From: an uncultured virus (IMG/VR IMGVR_UViG_3300024259_000022)
Taxonomy: Duplodnaviria > Heunggongvirae > Uroviricota > Caudoviricetes
Length of the DNA: 64,000 nucleotides
Direction: 5' to 3' (one strand)
Virus record (IMG/VR): IMGVR_UViG_3300024259_000022
Part shown: positions 57,708 to 64,000 of the stretch, one piece after another
Layout: every line of letters begins with the position of its first letter
Position numbering within the stretch: position 1 is the stretch's first letter
Notes under the pieces: generated by a model
What the model was told of the DNA's origin: nothing
Databases searched by the model: none
The model's input: the letters and a program-made list of their open reading frames with translations, nothing else
Translations under genes and position numbers: made by a program

Positions 57708-58082
57708 TTACTCCTTATCTAAGAATTTTACAAGAGTTGAGTGATCATCGTTAATTACTTCAATCTTGCTTCCAATGTTAATATTGTTATTTTTAAAAAA
57801 ATCATAATTAGCTTCTATTGCCATTTTACAATCTATCTCACTATCGACACATCTAGTCGAACAAGGACTGATATGAGATATTTTCACTATCTCATTCTCT
57901 GACGATACAAAAGCTATCGCTAGAGGAATATATGTGTTTAATCCCCAGAACTTTAAATTCTGAGGGCTTTTGAACTTAAATAGCATACCATCATCCGCTT
58001 CTAGCTTTTTTCTATACATTAGCCCTTGAGACAGTTGGTAAGGTGTCTCTGCTATATCTACATTTAAATAATGTTTAATCAT
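57708..58082 (-). CDS. DUF192 family protein
   Basis: IAETP..QGLMYRKKL..GMLFKF..FWGLNTYIPLAIAF..AIEAN. Confidence 0.9.
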   Translation of the reverse strand: MIKHYLNVDIAETPYQLSQGLMYRKKLEADDGMLFKFKSPQNLKFWGLNTYIPLAIAFVSSENEIVKISHISPCSTRCVDSEIDCKMAIEANYDFFKNNNINIGSKIEVINDDHSTLVKFLDKE

Positions 58083-58503
58083 TTAGAATAAACCCCTGTT
58101 CCTCGATCTCTTCACGAAAATCTTTTTCTTTATTATCTGGGACTTCAAAAACCATTGAGTCATCTGATATGCTATCCAGAGATACATCATTGATGTAATC
58201 TGAACTATAAAACCAATTCTCAATTTCTTTCTGATTAGTCGTTTTATTCATTTTAAAATGGTTGCTAACCTCAAGATCCTCTACCACAGGCAACATCCTA
58301 TAAGTGCTTTTAATTCCCTTACGTTGCCTTTCAGAGGCCCCCATCTTTATTAAAAAATCGTCTTCCATATATTTGAATGATAATTTCCCACCGTGAAAAA
58401 CTAACATCTTCTGTCTAATGGTGTCGTACCAGTTTAGCTCTTCATCAACTTTCTCTTTACTAGGCTCTTCCTTGATTTTAAATAAAACTGTAACTTCTGA
58501 CAT
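58075..58503 (-). CDS. Hypothetical protein
   Basis: Coupled ORF. Confidence 0.6.
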   Translation of the reverse strand: MSEVTVLFKIKEEPSKEKVDEELNWYDTIRQKMLVFHGGKLSFKYMEDDFLIKMGASERQRKGIKSTYRMLPVVEDLEVSNHFKMNKTTNQKEIENWFYSSDYINDVSLDSISDDSMVFEVPDNKEKDFREEIEEQGFILND

Positions 58504-58515
58504 CTTTCTATCTTT

Positions 58516-58938
58516 CTATTTATTAAATCTCCCCCACCAACTAGAAGCAACTTTCATGCTCTTAGCAGTCTTGATTCCCTTAGTGTTATCAAGAGCCTTA
58601 TTATAATCGACAGTTTTCCCATCGTCCTCAAATATAGATCTCTCATCCCCAAGAATCATAACATTAATAACCTTTGATCCTTTTTCTGTAATTTCTATAT
58701 TATCACCTATAACCTTAATCAAACCAGCCTCAGTCATTCTACTTGTTTCTTCATGACCTAAAGTGACAGGTTTCTTAAAACTCTTCTCTGCTTTCTTCTC
58801 TCCTGATCTCCATACGTTATATAAGGATTTAGCAGTTGTAGGATCTACATAGTTAGGACTCTTTCTAATCTTGTCTGCAAACTCTGGCATAATATTAATT
58901 AGATTATCCCATATTGATGATTGTCCAAATTTTTTCAT
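58516..58938 (-). CDS. Hypothetical protein, possible winged helix
   Basis: MTEAGLIKVIGDNIEITEKG; C-terminal IKTAKSMKVASSWW. Confidence 0.55.
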   Translation of the reverse strand: MKKFGQSSIWDNLINIMPEFADKIRKSPNYVDPTTAKSLYNVWRSGEKKAEKSFKKPVTLGHEETSRMTEAGLIKVIGDNIEITEKGSKVINVMILGDERSIFEDDGKTVDYNKALDNTKGIKTAKSMKVASSWWGRFNK

Positions 58939-58949
58939 TTCATTTTCCC

Positions 58950-59723
58950 TTATTGAGATGGTATCTGTTGTTGAGACTGTTGTTTGATTTGCTCTTGAAC
59001 TGGAGGTCCGAGCTGAGATAATCTAGGAATAGCTTGTAGAAGATTGCTCCAGGCATTTGACACATTATCCCCCAAATTATTTTCCCTCATAGTATTAATT
59101 ACTTGTTGTGTCATGTCTTTTACTACTGTTGTATCTGGTGAAAACATATTATTAAGTGTTGGTTCTAAATCTCTTAAAGAAGTTCCTTCAGGAATAGCGT
59201 GAGTATCTATTTGTGATTCTTCTTTCATTTTTTGAAATTCTCTTTCACTTTTGGGAGATTTGTTCTTAATTAATTCTCCTAGAAATTCAACTTCCTGCCA
59301 CGCCTCTTTTAGTTCTTTCAATTTCAATTTTACTTCATCAGTTTTTGACCATCTATTCTCCTCTTGTATATAATAAAACCATTTTTTTAAAGCTTCTGCT
59401 GCATATCTTATGTCTCGGCAAGCTTCATTTCGATAATATTTATAATTATAACCAGGTTCATATTTCTTATATTTTGATAATGGAAGTAAGAAATTTTCAG
59501 GCTTTTCAATTAAGTCTCTTAAAAGAAATTCCGTCCACTTTTGATTCCAACCTCCTTTATATTTAGATAGTATGGGAATTAATTGTTTAATTTCTTGTGA
59601 AATATCATGAGTATCTAAAAATTTATTACGTCTGTTTGTAAAATAATCCTCTCTTCTTCTCTCATTATCTTCCAAGTCAAATTCTGCTAACTTTTTATAT
59701 TTTGCTGTTTTTAATATTTTCAT
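58950..59723 (-). CDS. Protein with MKILKTAKY tag
   Basis: GGAGAG RBS before MKILKTAKYKKLAE. Confidence 0.6.
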   Translation of the reverse strand: MKILKTAKYKKLAEFDLEDNERRREDYFTNRRNKFLDTHDISQEIKQLIPILSKYKGGWNQKWTEFLLRDLIEKPENFLLPLSKYKKYEPGYNYKYYRNEACRDIRYAAEALKKWFYYIQEENRWSKTDEVKLKLKELKEAWQEVEFLGELIKNKSPKSEREFQKMKEESQIDTHAIPEGTSLRDLEPTLNNMFSPDTTVVKDMTQQVINTMRENNLGDNVSNAWSNLLQAIPRLSQLGPPVQEQIKQQSQQQIPSQ

Positions 59724-59991
59724 TTCTCTCTCCAAAATCGATATTTACATGATCTCCAATTTTAAAACCGAACCATTCCTCAAAAGATGACCTATCTTCA
59801 AAATTAATTTTAATAAACAAATCATCTTCAAAACAAATAATAATCCCTGTCTTGTCGGATGTCTCAAATAGTTCCATCTCATACTTTTGACAAGGCAAAT
59901 TTTCAATCATCTCTAATAAACCACTTTTATTTTCTTCATTAAAGTCATATGTGCTGCATGTATCACCTGAATGGTTTTCATTTCTTTTCAT
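59695..59991 (-). CDS. Hypothetical protein
   Basis: Coupled ORF. Confidence 0.5.
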   Translation of the reverse strand: MKRNENHSGDTCSTYDFNEENKSGLLEMIENLPCQKYEMELFETSDKTGIIICFEDDLFIKINFEDRSSFEEWFGFKIGDHVNIDFGERNENIKNSKI

Positions 59992-60767
59992 TACATTGTC
60001 CCTGTATACATCTTTCTACTTGGATAAGGGTCTTCCTCATCCCTATCTATCCAATCATAAGGTTCGTTCCTCAATTCTCTCCAATAGTGCCCTTCACCTA
60101 CCCTACCGTCATTGTTATAATTAGATAAGCCTTTTGTATATCTATTTTGTTGCTGCTTCCCTTTCTCTCTAGCGTCTAGTCCAAAACCAAATGGAAATAC
60201 TCTTTCTTCCATAGGTAGATTAAGACGAGACCAAGGCCCAGCAATACCTTTGGCTGTTCTTATATCCATTTGTGAAACTCTTTTTTTACCCATAGAGGCA
60301 AGAGACAACAAATTGCAAACATATAACAACCTACTTATATTCCTACTAACCCAATCAATAGAAATCTTATAATCTGGAATATCATAAATCTGATCCTTAC
60401 TAAACATTTTTATATCTTTTGAAAGAGCTTGAGAAACTATCATATAATATTTAGATTTTTCAGCTCCATCAAAACATAGGAGATATTTAGTTAGGTCTTT
60501 TAAGGAAAAAACAAAAAGGTTAACCATATCATCATCAATTATTTCTGTAGAATGTAATTGATCTTGAAGAGTAGAAGTGATGTCTCCCCATAACTCTAAT
60601 AGCAACTTCTTTTGTTTTTTAACACAGTTGTTTAATATGCGAATAGTTTTTATAACTCCATATGTGGACACATCTCCATTATCATTATGTATTTGACACT
60701 TCTTATTATTAATAAGATCGATGCCATAATATTTTAACTCTTTGACCAGTAATGACCATGTATCCAT
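59991..60767 (-). CDS. Hypothetical protein
   Basis: Long ORF; internal IRTAK motif. Confidence 0.6.
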   Translation of the reverse strand: MDTWSLLVKELKYYGIDLINNKKCQIHNDNGDVSTYGVIKTIRILNNCVKKQKKLLLELWGDITSTLQDQLHSTEIIDDDMVNLFVFSLKDLTKYLLCFDGAEKSKYYMIVSQALSKDIKMFSKDQIYDIPDYKISIDWVSRNISRLLYVCNLLSLASMGKKRVSQMDIRTAKGIAGPWSRLNLPMEERVFPFGFGLDAREKGKQQQNRYTKGLSNYNNDGRVGEGHYWRELRNEPYDWIDRDEEDPYPSRKMYTGTM

Positions 60768-60772
60768 TTATT

Positions 60773-61765
60773 CTATTCCATATCGGTTCTTTTTCTATAC
60801 CTGTCTAAAGCTTGTTCGTCATCGGCAAAACTTACATCTTCTCCAGAGTTTATATCATCTATCATATGCTTCAATATATCTCCTGGCTTTTCTGTAAGAG
60901 GATTACCCCTACTATCTAGTTCTAACATAGCGTCCATTTCTGTCTTGGGGAGTCTCTTCTCACCAACAGGTTTTAATGTTGTTACTTTCTTTTTTTTAGC
61001 CTTCGATACCTTTTTTTTTGTTTTTTTAGCAACAGTTTTCTTTTTTGCTACTTTTTTCTTAATAGTCTTCTTTTTTGTAGTTTTTTTCTTTTTCGCTACT
61101 TTTTTAGCTTTAACTTCAATTTCTTCCTCTATTTCATCTTCACCGTCAATGAAGTCCATATCTTCTCTCTCATCTTCTCCGACCTTAATAAAATCTTCTG
61201 ACTTAGGAATTTTTATAGCCTCTTCTGTCGTTTGTGTCTGAGGATTCCACGTAACAGCCACAGGGTTTTTATCTTCTCCGCTCTCAGGAGTCACAAAATC
61301 TGATGCTTCAATAACTTTAACATCTTTCTTTTTATCCTTTTTGGTAGTTTTCTTCTTTTCAGCTTTTTTCTTAGTAGTCTTCTTCTTTGCAGTTTTCTTC
61401 TCTACATATGTCTCTTCATCAGATATAATTGTGATAATACCATCTTCTTCTGCTGATATAATCTCAGGAATTTCAGCTTCGTCCTTACTTATAGGTAAAG
61501 ATCCATTAGGTCTTAATGCTGTTTTTCCTAAAACAAGCACCCTATCAGTATTATTGATAATAATAACATCATGATCTTTTTCTATTGCATCATGATCATA
61601 ATCCTTATCTACAGGAATTAAAATTCCTTTTCTCACAACATCTTTAACATCGCTTGCTCTTAATTTATTACCAGTAATAGATATGGTCATACCTGCCCAT
61701 ATAGCCTTTTTAAGTGTTGGCAGAACACAACTGCCCTTAAATTTTTCAGATACTTTAAATATCAT
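60773..61765 (-). CDS. Protein with histone H1-like lysine-rich tracts
   Basis: KKTAKKKTTKKKAEKK.., KKVAKKKKTTKKK..; AAGGAG RBS. Confidence 0.65.
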   Translation of the reverse strand: MIFKVSEKFKGSCVLPTLKKAIWAGMTISITGNKLRASDVKDVVRKGILIPVDKDYDHDAIEKDHDVIIINNTDRVLVLGKTALRPNGSLPISKDEAEIPEIISAEEDGIITIISDEETYVEKKTAKKKTTKKKAEKKKTTKKDKKKDVKVIEASDFVTPESGEDKNPVAVTWNPQTQTTEEAIKIPKSEDFIKVGEDEREDMDFIDGEDEIEEEIEVKAKKVAKKKKTTKKKTIKKKVAKKKTVAKKTKKKVSKAKKKKVTTLKPVGEKRLPKTEMDAMLELDSRGNPLTEKPGDILKHMIDDINSGEDVSFADDEQALDRYRKRTDME

Positions 61766-61825
61766 CTGTTTCTCCTTATTTGATAGTAAAACAACATTTT
61801 CATTTAATCATCGACAATTTTAGTA

Positions 61826-61863
61826 AAAAAAAATAGCTACCAACTATTTTGTCAGTAGCTATG
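61826..61863 (-). terminator. Intrinsic terminator
   Basis: ATAGCTAC..GTAGCTAT stem followed by a T-run. Confidence 0.6.
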
Positions 61864-61886
61864 AGTTAAAAGTTTTTCTGGATTAT

Positions 61887-62378
61887 TTATAATCTCAGAC
61901 CTTTAATTTTTGTATCTTGTTTGATCCTTCTAAACACATTCCCTCTATTTCTATGCATGCTCTGAGGGCTTGGTGGCCCTTTATCCAATCTTTCTGATTC
62001 CCCTCCTATTGGCATAGTATCATCATCTTCAATACCTTCGCCTCTAGAAGTAAACCTATCTCCTAATCCATCATGACTATCTCCAGCCTCTCCCATATCA
62101 TTTTCTTCATCATCCATCAATACTGCCTCTCCTGGCAACCCCTTTAGGTAAACAGTATCATCATCCTCATTATTATCAGGATTTTGGCTATAATGTTTTG
62201 GGCCACCAGGATTCCTTGCGTTTCCGCCTGCTTCAAACGCACCAGCAGGGTCAGTTAAGAAGGAAAAATCGTCATCTATCTTCTTCTTCTTCTCATCACG
62301 ATTACCCCTACTATAATCATCCATAATAGGAATAGTCCCACCTCTCATCCTTGCTATTTTTTTATACCAATTATTCAT
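61887..62378 (-). CDS. Acidic disordered protein with NWYKKIA tag
   Basis: MNNWYKKIAR. Confidence 0.6.
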   Translation of the reverse strand: MNNWYKKIARMRGGTIPIMDDYSRGNRDEKKKKIDDDFSFLTDPAGAFEAGGNARNPGGPKHYSQNPDNNEDDDTVYLKGLPGEAVLMDDEENDMGEAGDSHDGLGDRFTSRGEGIEDDDTMPIGGESERLDKGPPSPQSMHRNRGNVFRRIKQDTKIKGLRL

Positions 62379-62380
62379 AA

Positions 62381-62572
62381 CTATATAGAACGATAAGGTT
62401 CAACCTCATAACTATTTATTCTAGTTTCTTTTACAGATGAAAACTCTTTTATTTTTCTTTCTGCTTCTTTTTGTTCTAATGCTTTATCTTCCTGCTCGGC
62501 AACAAAAATATCTCCTTCCATCGAGAAAGTATATCTAGATTTTGGTAATTGTCTATTATACCAATTAGGCAT
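62381..62572 (-). CDS. Small protein with NWY tag
   Basis: MPNWYNRQL; AAGGAG RBS. Confidence 0.6.
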   Translation of the reverse strand: MPNWYNRQLPKSRYTFSMEGDIFVAEQEDKALEQKEAERKIKEFSSVKETRINSYEVEPYRSI

Positions 62573-63392
62573 TAGCTATTTCTCCTTCTGGATAATTTTG
62601 CTGTGCCTCTGAACAACTTTTAAATTCATCGATAGGTTCTCCATTCTCATAAACTCTTACACTTGTTCCCTCTTGTTTAATAATAGGATCTTTTATTTTT
62701 ACACCATGTTCTAAAGATCTTTTAACGGGAGGAACCATTTGGAGACCATCTGCTAAAATTCTCATTTTGCCAGCATTAATATCTACTACCTGTTGCTCTT
62801 CATCAGCAAAAAGTTCTCTTCCCAACTTTGCCGCCTTTGCATAAATGTGAAATAACATAGCATCTGCATCTTTAACTGATGCCATAACCATCTTATCAAC
62901 ATTTTTACCTTTAAATCTCTCTGGTCGATTTTGCAATTGACTTGAAGAAGCTGGAATATTATCTTTAACTTTTGTTGGCTGTCCTTCGCCTTCTAATTGA
63001 ACTCCAACATATTTATCCCAAAATGCGGTATCTTTCTCACCTTCAGCATTTTTAAATGCTTCAGTCTTCTTATTATCATAATCTTGAGACTCAACATTAA
63101 TATCCATCACCTGCTTCTTGTCTTTAGACTTAAAATCTACTTCTTTCTGATCCATTTCAGCTTCCGTAATAGAAGGTTCTGTTTCACTATTTTTCCTTGC
63201 GGCGCGAAGCTGGACATTGAAAGGAACTGTATTATCCTTGTTCTTAACAGGCAAACTAAGGTTGATATTCTTCTCAGCTACACCTTGCTGATCTACAGAA
63301 TGACCCATCTTCTCTCTATTTTCCTGTATAGCTTTATCGCTAATAACAGCACTCTTTGCACTAGCTTGTTTTCTTAAATTAAATTTTTTCAT
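62565..63392 (-). CDS. Putative internal head protein with FNLRKQA tag
   Basis: Likely start MKKFNLRKQAS; GAGG RBS; late-type promoter upstream. Confidence 0.55.
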   Translation of the reverse strand: MKKFNLRKQASAKSAVISDKAIQENREKMGHSVDQQGVAEKNINLSLPVKNKDNTVPFNVQLRAARKNSETEPSITEAEMDQKEVDFKSKDKKQVMDINVESQDYDNKKTEAFKNAEGEKDTAFWDKYVGVQLEGEGQPTKVKDNIPASSSQLQNRPERFKGKNVDKMVMASVKDADAMLFHIYAKAAKLGRELFADEEQQVVDINAGKMRILADGLQMVPPVKRSLEHGVKIKDPIIKQEGTSVRVYENGEPIDEFKSCSEAQQNYPEGEIANA

Positions 63393-63428
63393 TATTGAGT
63401 CCTCATAAATATTCATGGTTATTTTAAC

Positions 63429-63456
63429 ATTTCAAGAAATAACAGATAATTCCTTT
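63429..63456 (-). promoter_or_regulatory. SigmaH-like promoter
   Basis: AAAGGAATT-14 nt-GAAAT. Confidence 0.6.
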
Positions 63457-63458
63457 AT

Positions 63459-64000
63459 TTATCTTCCTGAAGTTCTTCCTGTATTTCCTCCTCCATGCAA
63501 ATCTTTCCACAACGCAGACCTGTTCTCTAACGATCTTGCTACCTGACCTCCAGATCCTACTCCATATACGCCTCCCTGCATATTTCTCCATACAACCTGA
63601 TTACCTCCAGGATTTCCTAAATTAGCTAATTTAGCATGTGGTAACTTACTCATTTGCCTTTCTACCGCCATATAACATGCACCTGCTATACAATCGACAA
63701 CATCATCACTTTTTGCTCCATCTCCCTCTTGTTTAGGCATAACTTTAAATCCTGTTGGAGTAAATTTTCTTTGAAGCTCTATCATTTCATTATACAAAAG
63801 GTTATCATAAGGAATATGCAGCCTTCCTGTATTAATAAGATTTTCTAATTCTTTGTAAATAGTGAATTTATAAGCAGGCAAGAATTTTGTCTCCTTGTTA
63901 GGTATTCCTGCTTTCCTCATTTTTAAAATACTTTCTTGAGAAGTAAATGCATCATAAGTTACTAGCCCTATATGAAATCTTCTTCTTAAACTAAGAACAT
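63459..64000 (-). CDS. terL: Terminase large subunit, C-terminal nuclease domain (partial)
   Basis: Frame open to the window edge: LVTYDAFTSQES..IYKELENLINTGRLHIP..LYNEMIEL..SDDVVDCIAG. Confidence 0.8.
   Translation of the reverse strand, partial: VLSLRRRFHIGLVTYDAFTSQESILKMRKAGIPNKETKFLPAYKFTIYKELENLINTGRLHIPYDNLLYNEMIELQRKFTPTGFKVMPKQEGDGAKSDDVVDCIAGACYMAVERQMSKLPHAKLANLGNPGGNQVVWRNMQGGVYGVGSGGQVARSLENRSALWKDLHGGGNTGRTSGR

Noticed and set aside
2251..63848. Plus-strand and nested short ORFs in the track (e.g. 41530..42087, 49301..49498, 54363..54854)
   Set aside because: They are antisense or off-frame shadows of low-complexity minus-strand genes, with no RBS or motif support
1..64000. 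Stop-codon reassignment
   Set aside because: Genes are long and densely packed in the standard code; TAA, TAG and TGA all end genes at sensible boundaries
1..64000. tRNA or rRNA genes
   Set aside because: No cloverleaf with a T-loop GTTCRA pattern or rRNA-like segment was recognised in the intergenic gaps

Overview
This AT-rich window is part of a large tailed-phage genome read in the standard genetic code, with almost all genes on the minus strand. From right to left it holds the 3' end of the terminase large subunit, about 12 kb of acidic/low-complexity putative internal head proteins, a portal protein with a C-terminal DUF559-like nuclease domain, a 1891-aa prohead protease/scaffold, a decoration protein and an HK97-type major capsid protein. 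An accessory block follows: two LAGLIDADG-DNA methyltransferase fusions, an Acb1-like 2H phosphoesterase, a HicA-like protein, LamG and fibre-like proteins, a subtilase, a GT9-like protein, a macrodomain, DUF1353, endonuclease VII and a PhoH with a class 3 intein. It ends with an actin-like ATPase, HNH endonucleases, neck/terminator genes, the tail tube, tail chaperones with a GGGAAAC -1 frameshift and the start of the tape measure gene. The most interesting signal is a set of short N-terminal peptide tags (MNWYK[RK]..A, MKI[LF]KTAxY, FNLRKxA) on about 15 otherwise unrelated proteins. They mostly end in the K/R-x-A motif that also saturates the protease/scaffold and core proteins. This suggests a capsid-targeting and processing system that loads anti-defence cargo into the virion (inference). 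Other highlights are a shared C-terminal R[FS]DILDL tag on four proteins, a sigmaH-like promoter consensus (AGGWWTT-N14-NAAW) at about 17 sites, and candidate small structured RNAs sharing a CUYAA-loop hairpin. All family calls come from motif recognition by eye; no searches were run.
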